A stretch of DNA of 64,000 nt from the human T2T-CHM13v2.0 reference genome, Homo sapiens. The stretch lies in assembly GCF_009914755.1 (NCBI RefSeq), contig NC_060926.1; one strand, 5' to 3'. A model generated the notes under the pieces. The model was not told where the DNA came from, made no database searches, and worked only from the letters and a program-made list of their open reading frames with translations. Of the stretch, positions 46,089 to 61,464 are shown piece after piece; the stretch's first letter is position 1, and the number at the start of each line of letters is the position of its first letter. The translations under genes were made by a program, and so were the position numbers.

Positions 46089-46462
46089 GGCCGGGTGCGG
46101 TGGCTCACACCCGTAATCCCAGAACTTTGGGAGGCCCAGGCGGGTGGATCACGTGAGGTCGGGAGTTCAAGACCAGCCCAGCCAACATGGTGAAACCCCA
46201 TCTCCCTTAAAAACACAAAAATTAGCCAGTTGTGGTGGCGGGTGCCTGTAATCCCAGCTACTCAGGAGGCTGAGGCAGGAGAATCGTTTGATCAGGGGCA
46301 GGGAGCAGGGTGGGCAGAGGTTGCAATGAGTCAGCTACTCAGGAGGCTGAGGCAGGAGAATCACTTGAATGGGGCAGGGTGTAGAGGTTGCAGTGAGCCA
46401 AGTTTGTGCCACTGCACACTCTAGCCTGGGGGACAGAGCCAGACTCTGTCTCGAAAAACAAG
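46089..46462 (+). mobile_element. AluS with a duplicated right-arm segment
   Basis: cagctactcaggaggctgaggcaggagaatc occurs at 46255 and 46332. Confidence 0.92.
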
Positions 46463-46662
46463 AACGATACCAGTAGGTGTTCTTTGACCCATCAACAGGT
46501 GTGGGGAGGCAGCACTGCACCGGGAAGGATAAGAGGGTAGGCTTTGCTGTCTGGCCTTGGGCAAGACACTTGACCTCTCAAAGCCCATTTGCTGCATTGT
46601 AAAGAGGAAATCATACCCTACAGCAGCTAACCCTCTTACCTTGCTACTTAAGGGCACATTCC

Positions 46663-47028
<366 letters not shown>

Positions 47029-47253
47029 GTGCACACTCCCTGGCCATCAGCCTCATCTCTTCTACCTGAGTGGATTAAGTAGTAAAGGGGGAGCTATCCA
47101 AGACAGATTTTAAAATGGTCAGTTTGAGTAAACCAAGAGATAGGTTTAAAAAACAATGTATGTTTCACTCAGAGCATAAACAAAATTGTTGAAGAGCCAG
47201 CCTACATGCAAGTTTAAAAATTAAAAATGGCCTTATGTATTAAAAACAATCCA

Positions 47254-47623
<370 letters not shown>

Positions 47624-49818
47624 TCAGTGTCCTTTAGGTTCATTCGTTGCTTATTTCAATCTGGATTGGGACAGGATGACAAAGGCCCATGAAGGGATTT
47701 TATATATAACTGTGTGCTTAGTGTAGCGTGGGTGTTTGTGTTTTATCGCCTGGCCTCTTTGTGGCATGTGACATCTTTGACAGGAACACCAATTGATTCC
47801 TCTGTGCTCAATAATGTCTTCACTGCCATGGTATTTCCTGCACAGCTGGGGATGCTTAACTGTGTAACTACAATAGCAAGATAAGGGAAACAGATTTTCC
47901 AATTGGATATTTTAATAAATGATGGCTTCAGAAGGGGCACAATATTCTACGCCACTGATTGAATGATGACAAGAAATATTTTAATGGGTGCATTGCTGTC
48001 GCAGTGTAGTAAAAAGTAAAGAATGGTTCACCAAGTCAGAGGTCATCCTCAGATGTCCCTATGTGTCTGTTAGTGGAGATAAAGTGATCTCAAGACGGTG
48101 ACACATTTAAAGTGACGTGAACTAGTTTATTAGTAGTCAGTGGTCCCCCCGGCCACTTCTAAAGATGACATGCTTCTAATCATACCCACAGGATTTCTAA
48201 GATCCTTTTTTTTTCTCTTATCAAATGACAGTGCTTGATGATAATTTCATCAGAAAGGTCTCCATCACTAGTCTCTGCTTTATTTTCACGTAGGCAAGTG
48301 GTCTCAAGAAAATTGGAATAAAAATATTCAAAATAATTTCTCCCAGCTATATCTGGAGCAAGATTAAACAATTATAAGGAGTAGGCAGTATGTTTTCAAT
48401 CCCTGTGTTGTCTTTGTCACCATGATTTGCATTCATATCAGAAGGCCAGCAAACTCGGAAAGAAAATGACTTTCTGATTGAATCATATCATTTTAAACAA
48501 AGCTCTTTCATGAATAAAGAATATTAATTACTATATCCAGAATGATCCTCTTTTTTTTTTTTTTGAGTTGTGTGTTAACAGAAACCTTTGTGCATTTGAC
48601 ACAAGGTCAGCATAGATTTAACAGGAGACATAAGCTTTGAAAATTTATTCATGCTGGAATTGAACATGGAATTAATTAAATGTACAGAAGCTGGAAGGTA
48701 GACAGGTCGTTGTCTCCATTTTTGTTCTTTAAAGCACTTTATTCCATTGGGATATCACAATTTCGTAGCCTGGTATATGCATTCCTTGTGGTGTGTATTA
48801 ATAAATTGAGTAGGTGAAAAAGACAATAGATGGAAAGCTGGAAAGTGATGTGGCCTGAATTCCTTTCTAGGTAATTTCAATGTTGGTCATGCCCAGGGAT
48901 CTCCTTAAGTGTTGCAGAATCACACCTGGACAACCCAGGTGCCCAGTCCTTCATTGCCTCATGGGCTCTCTAGTCTTACTTTTGATCCCTTTTCCTGTAT
49001 TTCACCAGTATAATACTCCCCACTCCTAGTTGGGAATATCTAACCTGTGTTGAGTACCTGTATCTGATGAGTTAGTAGCTGTGAAAACGTTTCTCTAGCA
49101 AGGCTGCCTGTGAGTGGGATCCCAGGCCAAGCAGTTAACTGCGTTCCAGCGAAGCAGGTGCCCCGTGTGTTGCTCTGCAAGTCCACATGGAGCAGGATTC
49201 CTTATTTTGTGAAGAAAGGATCTTTAGTGCCACGTGTGTATTTTTAACACATTTCCAAAAGCATGATTTATTCAGGATTAAGTTTATTCAGTAGAAATTT
49301 CCAAGGTATTTTTTTAAGTGAGGCACCATCCTGGATGCTGGGGAAGAATCTTTGTTGGAATATGACCCTGGGTTTTGTATGGAAAAGGGAGGGGGCAGTG
49401 CAGGATGTGGCAAGGCAGTTGTTGGAGCTCCGATACTTCCAATAAGTAACTAGCAGGGCTGTACACACTCTACCAGGAAAGACAAAGAAATGCAGAGTCC
49501 AGGGAAGCAGTCCATCGCACGTTTCTTCCTTCCCTGCAAGGGCACTGGAGTTCTCCTTCACCAGGAAGACTGCAGCCCCCATTCTGATTGGCCTCAGGGG
49601 GCCGCTCCTGCTGATGATGGCTAATGAGGACAAGCAGTAGAGAATATTGCTTTCATTTATCTTGGTGCTTTGTACCTTGATGGAGACAGATATTCGGGTT
49701 TCAAGAAGACAACTTTTTTTGCAGGGCAGGCATTGTTTGCTTGTTTTAAGGCTACGTTCAGAAGCACGAGAACAAACAACAGTTTCAAGCCTAACACTTG
49801 GGTTTACATGAAGCTAAT

Positions 49819-50320
49819 TGTTAGATATGAGTTCTAAATTTCTTTTCAAAGAATCAGTATGTCAGTATGTTCAGTTCTTTGCCTTCTACTTCTAAACTTA
49901 ACTTTCTCATAAAGCAACATTTTTCGATTACCTGCTCCACCCTGACTCATTTCAATCACCTGCTCCACCCTGACTCATTCCGATTACCTGCTACCTGCTC
50001 TGCCCTGACTCATTCTCCACCCTGCATAACCATTTTTCCCACCGAACCACTCACCGGGTCACTCTCTTTAAATTAGCCAATTGGAATTAGTTTAGCCTGT
50101 GCGGTCTAACCCTAGCCAACAGGGGAACGACACAGCAGCAGGGGCCACGTGAGTCAGGGATAAGAACCCCTTCCCTCCCTTGTCCAAGTGTGCGCTCACC
50201 ATTGCTCCATCTGTAAGGGCGCACCCTTCTGTAGAAGTAACTTGCCTTGCTGAGAATTAAAAAGAAAATTTTATATTTGAGTGCTATTTCTTTTGTGGCA
50301 CTGAAACTTTATATATAACA
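49819..50320 (+). mobile_element. ERV1 solo LTR, LTR10F-type (HERV-IP10)
   Basis: TG...CA ends (tgttagatatgagttctaaatttc...atataaca), 4-bp TSD taat, internal repeats acctgctccaccctgactcatt, CCAAT boxes, attaaa signal. Confidence 0.88.
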
Positions 50321-50849
50321 TAATGTTGCAGTCCTTTAACATAACAGAAAGGAAAAGGAGAGGCATCCTATTCGGTTTTGCACTAGGGGTCCCCACTGAA
50401 ATTGCTGACCACAATCACATGGATTATGATTTAATATTTCAGCAAGACATGCATGATTTTAAATGAATCCAATTAATATTCCATTGAAAAGTGGAAACCA
50501 GAGTCTAGATAAGCTGACCCAGCTCTCATGCATGTGCTGTTAACTTTCCTACTTTCCCCAGGAGTATCACAGTGAAATTGAGCCATGAGGGACTCTCTGC
50601 TTCTTACAGTTGGAAGCCTCTGGACTTCCTCCTCAGAGACGGGAGATCTTGTCTCTCTCAATCCTGAGTTAGTCTCCACTTTATAGCTGTTACTTCAGTT
50701 GTAGGGCACTGGGTAGCCCTGGAGTTGAGTTGTTCAATGCATGACCTTGTTTATGTCGCTATTTGAGTTTTTACTGAGAAAAAGGCCTTCTGTGAATCCA
50801 AATGTGACTATTACACACTGAATCTTCCCATTACTTTAAGAATAAGTGA

Positions 50850-51160
<311 letters not shown>

Positions 51161-51197
51161 CAGTGGTGTGATTATTCCATAACCATGGTGGTGATTC

Positions 51198-51578
51198 CTG
51201 TGGGCTAAACTGTGCCTCCCAGAATGTGTGTGTTTTAAGTCCTAACCCCCAGTGCCTCATAATGCGATTCTATTTGGAGACAGGTTCTTTAAAGAGGTGA
51301 TTGAGTCAAAATGAGGTCAGTAGAGTGGGCCCTAATCCAGTAAGACTGTGTCCTTATAAGAAGAGGAGATTAAGACGCAGACACACAGAGGAAAGACCAT
51401 GTGAGGACACAGGGGGAAGACGGCATGTCCAAGCCGAGAGACCTCAAAAGAGACCAGCCCTGTCCACACTGTGCTGATCTCGGCCTTCTAGGCTCCAGAA
51501 CTAGGATAACTAGGTGTCTGTTGTTTAAACCACACAGCCCGTGGTACTTTGTTAGGTCAAGGCTGGTAAACTCGTACA
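51198..51578 (+). mobile_element. MaLR solo LTR, MLT1B-like
   Basis: gtcctaacccccagtgcctc..tatttggagacagg..gggccctaatccagtaagactgtgtccttataagaagaggag. Confidence 0.85.
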
Positions 51579-54254
51579 GTGATGGCTTCAAATGTTATGA
51601 ACATTAAAATCTTTCTATTGCTAGGGAAGGTCATTAAAACCTTGGTGGCCAATTAAATATTTATGGATTTTTTTTCCTTTACACTTTTGCAAAGCGTTTT
51701 TTCTAGTTTGTGCATACCTTCTTCTATTAGCAAAATGTCTTCTATTACCAGCTTTAGAAATAACGGTGCTGCTATTTTCCTTGGAGGGGTCTGGGTTGAC
51801 AGACCTGCGAAAGGTCTGGATGTGTTCAGAGAAATAAGCGATTTTTCCAAGGCCCAGGCCTTTGTACTGCTCTAATTCTATCCAGAATGCTTCGGACGGG
51901 AAGAATTTATGGCTTTATAAGTGAGTATTTCCGTATTAGCAAAGAGACATCTACACTTGAAAGACTTTCCTGCAGCCTCCCGGGGGTCGAGGTCAAGAGT
52001 CTGGGAGGAGGTGTGGAGCAGAGTGTCCGGGTGAGAGGGTGCTGGGGGCACGTGCCCAGCAGGGGTGGAGGGGTGGACAGGCTCAAAAGAGAGACCTGGG
52101 CAGTGGACAGGGCTGGGCTTCCCTGGAGCTGTTGGCGGGGCAGAGCCAGCTCAAGGAACAGCTACCCAGCCTTTCCAGGAACTCTGGAAGGAAACGGGGA
52201 CTTCCCTGGTGAGGGTGGGATTTGGGAGATAATCCTAATCACTGGGCTGTTCTTTGTCCTTTGACATTCAAATGAAATGGGAGCCTGTTTTACCCCAATC
52301 AGCCTTGAGTTTTCGGCACCCTCCCCCTCGGAATACCCGTGAGGGACCTTCTGTTTTTGTTGTTGGTGTTTTACTACCATTTCTGAGTACTTTCTCCGAA
52401 AGCTCTTTTAGCACGTTGCTTTTCTCTCTGCCCTCCCTCCTCCTCTTTCCTCCCTTCTGCTCTCACTCTGAAGCAGCCCAGCAGCATGTACAGCACTTGC
52501 TTTCCTTTGAGAGGCCCTCCATTGTTCCCGCCCTGCCAACTTCCACGCCAGCCTCCTTTTGCAAGTCCACCTGCCGTTCTGGGCTTGCCCTGGGGAAGGC
52601 CCTGGAGCTGGATTCCCACACCCTGCCGAGTTTGTGCGTTTCTGTGAATCTGATGAGTGGGTTGTGGACTTCAATCCAGCCCCACCCTTTACAGTGAGAT
52701 CCAGGGACCTTTTTAACCTGTGACTGACTTTTTATGTCTTTCTATGTCTGTAAAATCGGGATAATAATAGTACCTACCTCTCTGTGGCACTTTGGGGGTA
52801 GAATGGATGAACTGAATTAACGTCTGAAGTGCCACAGTGTTGTATCTGAGTGAGTAGCGTCCTCCTTAAGCATTGGCTTTGGTGCACTGGGAAGGGGCGT
52901 CAGCTGGGCAGGCTGAGCCTGTCACCTTTTTCAAAATTTCCAACAACTGTGGCTTCTTGGGAAATCCTTTGGCAGTCAGGGTGCTATATGAACACATGTT
53001 TTGTGGGTCACTTGCCAGGCGTCAGTGCCCTGCTCGGGGTCCCTTTGCAGCTCCCCTGAACGTGCCATTTGAAGCATAGCAACCATTACTTTGAGAACCT
53101 GTGCAGGTCCAGGTGCCGAGGGCTGTCAGATCCCTGCATCAACTCTGGGGATGGGTTCAATTATTATCCTCTCTGTAAACAGTTCTCAGTTATTCCAAGT
53201 ATTCTATTTCTTAATGGATCTTCTAAGCCCTGGATCAATAGTGTATATTTCTTTGTCTCTCAGTTGGGGCCCTGGCCTCTGCAGATAAGCCCTCGGATGC
53301 GAAATCTGGGGAACCAGCCAGCCACCTCTGGTCCTGGGAGGGTCAGGGACTCGTGAATCAACATCTGGCTCTTTGTGCACAATGGGCCTGGCATGGGCCC
53401 AGGCTGGTGGGGTGGGCAGGGAAGGAACAGGCCCATAGGCACCCCTCCATGGGCCCCTCAAGGCTGTAGACCCCTCTGTCTGACCAGCATCCCATTCCCT
53501 GAAGTGAAGCAGCTGCCACCAGGCTGGCTTTTCCCAGGCAGTCACACTCTGGGATGCCCCCACCCCTCAGCACACACAGTGACTGTGTTTTCATGTTTTC
53601 CACCAAGGGAGGGAGGGACAGGCTTTCTCAGGGGGGCGGCCACCCAAGATCAGCTGCGGCTGAGGATTTTTGTGGCTAGGGGAAGAAGTGAATCACCCTC
53701 TTCTCTGTGTCTTTCCCTAACCACTGGAGACTTCATAGATAAACTTGCGGGGTCACGGTGAGGGAGGCACTGTGTGGAAGGGTAAATGGGCTTCCTGGGG
53801 GTTTAGTACAAGTTGACCAACCTTCTTGTTGGTAACATGACTGAGGCATTACCTGCACTGATTAAGTCAACCATCAAGCAGCATTTATTAAGTAGAACAT
53901 TGATAAGGGCTTGAGGGTGAGAGAAGTTGTCCTTAACTGAAGGAGGGGGTTCTATAAATGGAAGTGTCAGAGCAGGGTGACAGATGCCAAGGAAGAGTGC
54001 CCAGGTGTGCACAGGTGTGCCCAGGTATGAGGGGAGAAGAAGGGGTCAGGGCCAGCAGGGAAAGAGCTTGGGGACTCCTGAGTCCAGCTCCCAGTGATGT
54101 GTAGAGTTGAGCTCCATCCTGCTGATCCCAGCAGGAGATAGTGGCGAGACTGGGTATGGTGTGGTTGGGAACTAGAAAGGACACTGGTGTGTTTAGATGG
54201 GGAATCTTGGGATGCAATAGAAACAACCTCTGTTGGTTTTCAGCATTGGAGCAG

Positions 54255-54420
54255 ATGCTCCCCATACATCATCACATCTTATTGTCGCAGCTACCGTATT
54301 GTTCTTGTCCCGTTTTTGCAGAAATGAAAACCTGATGCAGAGCCTCAAGGTCACTTTCCCAAGGTCACATGTGGTTTGCATCATTCTGGCCTTGGAGCCC
54401 AGCCTCTTAGCCACTCAGTG
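54255..54420 (-). mobile_element. MIR
   Basis: cccgtttttgcagaaatgaaaacctga...tttcccaaggtcacatg...ggagcccagcctcttagccact. Confidence 0.7.
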
Positions 54421-55926
54421 CAACTGTGGAGACTGGAGGGTGTCGGGGCGTTGAATACTGGTTAAGGAAACGGACGCTTTATTCTGCAGGTGACAGGGAC
54501 TCACTGAGGGCTCCGAACAGAATTGTACCCTCAGACTCTGATTGCAGGAGTAAGGATGGTTTACTGAGAGTAGGCTACGTCTGGGGGTGGGTCAGCAAGG
54601 ACGTGTGTGCTGTGGGAATCCTGAGACAGATGAAGAGGCTGTGAACAGTAGAGGGAGAGTGGACTCTTCGGGTAGTTCAGACAGATACGCAGGTGGGGAG
54701 AGATTGGCAGGCGGAGGAGAGGCTTTTGTTGAGGGCTGGAGGGAGGGAGGAGAGGCAGGCTGTTTCTGTTTTCTGTTAAGTGGGACGTAATCGAGTGTTT
54801 TCCTCTGCCGCCTGAAGGAAAGGCGGTGATTGTGATTGAGGGTACAGGGTCCATTTGCCAACTCTGAGCGGGAGAGTTGGGTGTGGGCGGGAGGCAGGAC
54901 ATTGAGGGAGCTCTGAAGTCATGGCTGGAGGCCATCCTACTGAGGGGATGGGGCAGTGATAGTTTCAAGGAATCCTAGGAATGGGAAAGGGGGCTGGCCA
55001 GGGCTGTGGGGGTGGGGGGGCTGTAGGATGCTGGAAGCAGCCCCAGCACATGTGCATCTGCAGCGGGACTTGGTGATGTGGACTTGGGGCTTCCGATGCT
55101 CGTGCTAGCCTGAATCTCCGGGAGACATGGAGCATCTCAGGGTGGGGTCAGGTTCCCAGGTGAAGCCCCTGCTGCTGATCTGTAGACCGTGCTTGGAGAA
55201 CACTGGTCCAGTGCACTGGAGTTCGTACAGATCCGCCTTTGGGGCATGCCCAGGGGGGTCTTACAGGAGCCAGGGACAGGTGGGGCCATGTCTGGAGTAG
55301 ACAGTGATACAGTGATGTCCCTTGGCCTCTGCTGGACAGAGAAGGAGGCGCCAGGAGGCAGCTCTGAGTTGGGATGGAAAGGATGCATGACAGTCAGCTT
55401 CCCTACAGCTGGAGGGGAAGTTCCAGAAAGAAAGGATGGCCAACCTGGGACTTGTGGGCAGGGAAAGGGCTTTTGGAGGCCAAGATTGTAGGGCAGTGTT
55501 ATCCTGGGTGAGTTGGGGTATGGCCATAGGAGGGGGCTCCAGGAATTCAGGGAAGGAAAAGACCATGGCGCTGAGGAGGCGGCACGGCCTGGCCCTCCAC
55601 CTCCAAGCTGACCACCCTACTCAGCTCCTTTAGGGTGGAGTGGCTGTAAGGCCGTGACCAGGAAAAAAGGGACCCAGGGTGGTGGCACATGAATCCCAGC
55701 TTTGTGTATCCACTCAGTTGCATGCCAGGTAGTCACATCTTAACTTGTGGCGCGGCTTTAGAGAGTGTCTGTGCAGGCTGCCTCTGATCCCTCAGTCAGT
55801 GTGCAGAGCTGAGCTGATGAGGAAAGTCTTGGTATGTAACCAACCAGGTCTCACCTTCAGCCACACTCCTAGGGACAGAGTGCGTCCATGGAGGGGAGGA
55901 CTCACAGCAGTTTTGAAGTAATGTAG

Positions 55927-56319
<393 letters not shown>

Positions 56320-56522
56320 TGACTGGTGCATGGCGAGCAGAGGTTTTATTCCATCTTACTGTGTCAGATGTGATTCCGGGGACGCAGTTCTTTCTTAAGA
56401 GCTCTGATGCATGTTCTAACTAGGAGGGCAGGTAGCTGCCGCTCCCAGCAGCCCCTGATGTGTTTTCCTTCAAGCCTGGGGAACACCGAGCTAGGGACAC
56501 GCTGGCTAATAGAGGAAGGAGA

Positions 56523-56919
<397 letters not shown>

Positions 56920-57523
56920 TCAAGTCCCCTGGGCACAGATAAAAGAGTTTTCAGATATCTCTGCAGCCAAATCCCAAATGGGATGCAGAAGGGAGAACTG
57001 TGTAAAATCACGCTCTTCCAGAAGCTGGGCTTTGTAATGGGGCTGGCAAAAATTCCCAGGGCATCGTTTGTGGCCTCAATGTGATTTTCATGTAAGTCAT
57101 GGATTTTCTAAATCTTTGAGGTTAGTGGATCTAAAGAAAAGCTTGGTAAACATCCAGATGTTGTCAAACATATTTAGGTCATTGTTCTCTGACAGTTCGT
57201 GATATTCGTTCCTACTCCAGGAAGCTCTTAGGAGAATCCAAATCCGACTTCCCTGTGCTTTGAGAAGGAATGTCTGCATGAAGACCATCGTACAGATGGC
57301 GATATTAGAAGAGTTCCCTCCCGTGAATCCTGTAGAGGAAAATGTTACCAAATAGGCCTGTTCCCCTGTGCACCCAATACTAGGAAGATTAGATAATGTG
57401 TAGGGATTTCTTGGTTTTTCTGCACAAAAGCTCCAGGGCTGCTTTGAGGCTGTCTGATAGACAGCTGCAGTGTTGTGTGTTACCCTTGACCGCATCCCTC
57501 CTGTCCCTGAGCTCGAAGGCTGA

Positions 57524-58009
<486 letters not shown>

Positions 58010-58364
58010 TAAGTCACCTTTGCCTGACACTTAGCAAGAAAAACTACCAAGAAATATCTAATATTTTCCTTTTGTTTGGGAATAAGAATCTACTCACAAT
58101 GGACACTTGCTGGCTTGTTTTAAAACCAAGCTTGCTTCTCACTGGCCTGTTTAAGTGGAAATGAAGTCTCAGTGTGGGGTCCGATGCTTCCTATGGCTGC
58201 ATGGAGGAAAGGAGTCTGGGCCTGAATCTCCCGTGTTCCTCATGCATGGGTAGAACTAAAGCCTCTTCTTCTGTAATGTGGCAGTTCCCATTCTCAGAGG
58301 ATAAAGTACGTGTGAGTGATGCCACCTCAACCCTTAGCCAGGTGCAGGCGTAACAAGGGAGACC

Positions 58365-58670
58365 CACCTGTGCAATATAGTGAGACCCCCATCTTTACCA
58401 TAAATGAAAAAAACGTTAGCCAAGCATGGTGGCTCACGCCTGTAATCCCAGCACTTTAGGAGGCCAAGATGGGAGAATCATCTGAGGTGAGGCGTTCGAG
58501 ACCAGCCTGGGCAACATGGCAAGACCCTCCTCTCTACAAAAAAATTTAAAAATTAGCCAGGGGTGGTGACATGTGCCTGTGGTCCCAGCTATTCAGGAGG
58601 CAGGAGGATCACTTGAGCCCAGGAGTTCAAGGCTGTAGTGAGCTATGATCTTGCCACTGCACTCTAGCCT
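58365..58670 (+). mobile_element. AluJ preceded by a partial extra left arm, no tail
   Basis: caatatagtgagacccccatctttac..A-linker..ttagcc followed by a left arm and right arm ending ctctagcctg. Confidence 0.8.
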
Positions 58671-61158
58671 GTCTGTGTGGTGGTGTGTTCATACACAATA
58701 GACATCGCCAGTGTTCTGTTGGCAGGAATTGCTATCGTTGGTCCTTAAGGAAAAACACAGGAAGGATGCAGGTGCTCAGAGGACCTTCTGGGGTCTTTTT
58801 TCCTGCCAGATCAATGTTCCTGCCCTACAGACAGACCATACTTGTCCTTCCTCCACTAGCAGATAAGGGTCAAGTCCTCATCTCTTTTACAGTTCCACGT
58901 TTAACCTTCAGCTTTTAAAACGAGAGAAATAGGGTCCCCAGTGAGTTCAGCTGGAGTGTCCCAGGCAAAGGGATGCGTGCAGAATTTTCAGTTCCTAGAA
59001 GCTGAGCATCATGGCAAATCTTAGCTTAGAAACCATTCTACCATGACATTCTCAGATGAGAATTTGAGTCTTATGCTAAAAATATAAAAGTATTAATAAG
59101 ACGTTACTGTCTTGGTAATTGCTTCTTCTTACATGTATCTGTCAGTCAACTGGCTACCAGAAAATAGCCTTTGATGTACCCACGGAGGGGCTCTTGGTGG
59201 GCTCCCGGGGTGGGCATGCTCAGGCCTGGGCAGTACCAGTGGTTGGCCAGTTTCTACCATCAGCAGACGCGGTTCTGCTAAGATACTGCAAACGTGATTA
59301 CTGGCTGTCAGGTTCTGTTATTTGGAAAGCCAGCCTGTGTAGCAGATGGCTCTGCTGACTGGCTACCAGAAGTTTCCTTTAAATAAGGCTTATCAGCTCT
59401 AGCAACACTTGGAAATACTATTCTCCAGGAGAATGTTTGATTTATAGGTAGCTAGAAATGACCCGGGACAGAGGAGTCGTGAGACGGTGGCCAAAGCATC
59501 TCATAAACTTGGAACTAAGGGAGCGAAGCCAGCTGCTGAGGGTGATGAATGGGGGTTAGCTAGGGCTGGCACCTTTCCTGAACTCTCCTCTGCAGTCTTC
59601 CTCTCTCGCGCAGCATTAGTCCCTGCAGCACGGAGGCATTACCCGGCTGCTGTTTGGTTTTGAGGTAGCAGTGAAATCAACTACATGCTTTAAAAAAAAA
59701 AAAATGGTGATATGCTCCATGGCATGAAAAAATTCAAGAAATGGCAGTCTAGTGTTTAAAAAGCCACAGGAAAATAAAGCATAATGCCACCTGAACATAT
59801 ATAGTATTGTGATTTTTTTTTCCTCTTCAAAAAAGGCTGGTCTGGCTTTGTAGAAGGGGATTTAGATTTTGGAGTGACATGTCGGGAGCATGTGTCTTCT
59901 TTGCATCGGGAGAGCCCATCTCTCTAAGGCAGTGGGGAAAGGCAATTCTCTGTGACCAGGTTTTTCAGCACCCACAGTTGCACTTGACATGGCATCATTA
60001 TGACTGGTGTGGAAAATAAGTGCTTCCTTCTGAGGTGGAAATGCTGAAAGATCACAAACACACTGGCTATGGCTGGAAGAGGTTCCCTGGAAGAGTCAGT
60101 GTCATCTAAGGTGGATGGAATGGATTCTTCTACTCCGCAGCCCGCATCTCATATGGCAAAGTGCAAAACCTGGGATGGATTCTCAACAAAGGTACAGTAA
60201 TTGGGAGACACAAACAGTCCAGTGTTTTAGCCCTGAAGGAATACTACCTTATTTTTTACTTTGGGCTCTATGAATGCTTCAGATAACAAGCCAGATAGAT
60301 TTACATACCTTAATTATGGACAAGCTACTTTCATATTAAAGTTCATCTCAGTATGTGAACATTGCCCTGGTCTCAAACAGTGAGAATTGACCTCCCCCTC
60401 CCACACCTGGCTAAGTTAGGAGCCCAGGGTTCTGGTCCCACCCTTGACAGTAGCAGAGATCTCTATCTTTCCACGTTGCTGTTTGTTTCTCAGCTTACAG
60501 ACCTGGGTGACCTTTAAGTCTGTACAGCTGCAGTGATAAAATTTTAGACTTTTGCCATATTTTAGTGGTGTTCATCATTAAAGAGGCGGGATGGCCCTGT
60601 AGCTGTCTCTGGGATTATCGCGAAGCTTTTCTCTCCCTCGCTGTCTTTCTGTGGTAAAATCACGTAGCCTTAGCATTTTTCGGGAGTTGGGTCAATTCTT
60701 TGAGGACAGAACCCCTGCGTTGTCACTGTGTAGCATTGCAGTAGGTACTCAATATATATTCGATGAATAAATGAACCAATAGAAAACCGAGTAAGTCTGT
60801 GAAAGTTTGCTAAAAATGCTACCTGGAAATGTCAAGGTAACATTTACATTTGATTTGTGTGGAGTTCAGTAATATTCACATGTTTACTTTGGTCTTTGTT
60901 ATCAACAAAGCAGAATGCTGATGCTTACTAAGACAAAAAAAAAATGAGCACAGGCAGTGTGACCCCCAAACCCCAGATTTCACCCTTACTGAGGAGCTGT
61001 GTAGCCCTGGGGAGGTGCCCTCTGTCTCCGAGCCTCTGCATCTCCCTAACCAGATGGGCGCTAGGCTGTCATTCTGAACCATTCTGACAGATGAATCCCG
61101 CCTGGCTGCTACTCTAGAAGTTGGGGGTTCTTGGTTCTTATCAAAGAGGGCTTCTTTA

Positions 61159-61464
61159 GCCTGGCGTGGTGGCTCACGCCTGTAATCCCAGCACTCTGGG
61201 AGGCTGAGGTGGGCAGATCATGAGGTCAGGAGTTCGAGACCAGCATGACCAACATGGTGAAACCCCATCTCTACTAAAAATACAAAAATTAGCCGGGACT
61301 GGTGGCGCGCACCTGTAATCCCAGCTACTCAGGAGGCTGAGACAGGAGAATCACTTGAACCCAGGAGGTGGAGGTTGCAGGAGCCGAGATCGTGCCATTG
61401 AGCTCCCGACTGGGCAAGAGCGAGTGAGCCTCTGTCTCAAAAAAAAAAAAAAAAAAAAAAAAAA
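61159..61464 (+). mobile_element. AluS
   Basis: Full Alu; TSD cttcttta. Confidence 0.94.
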
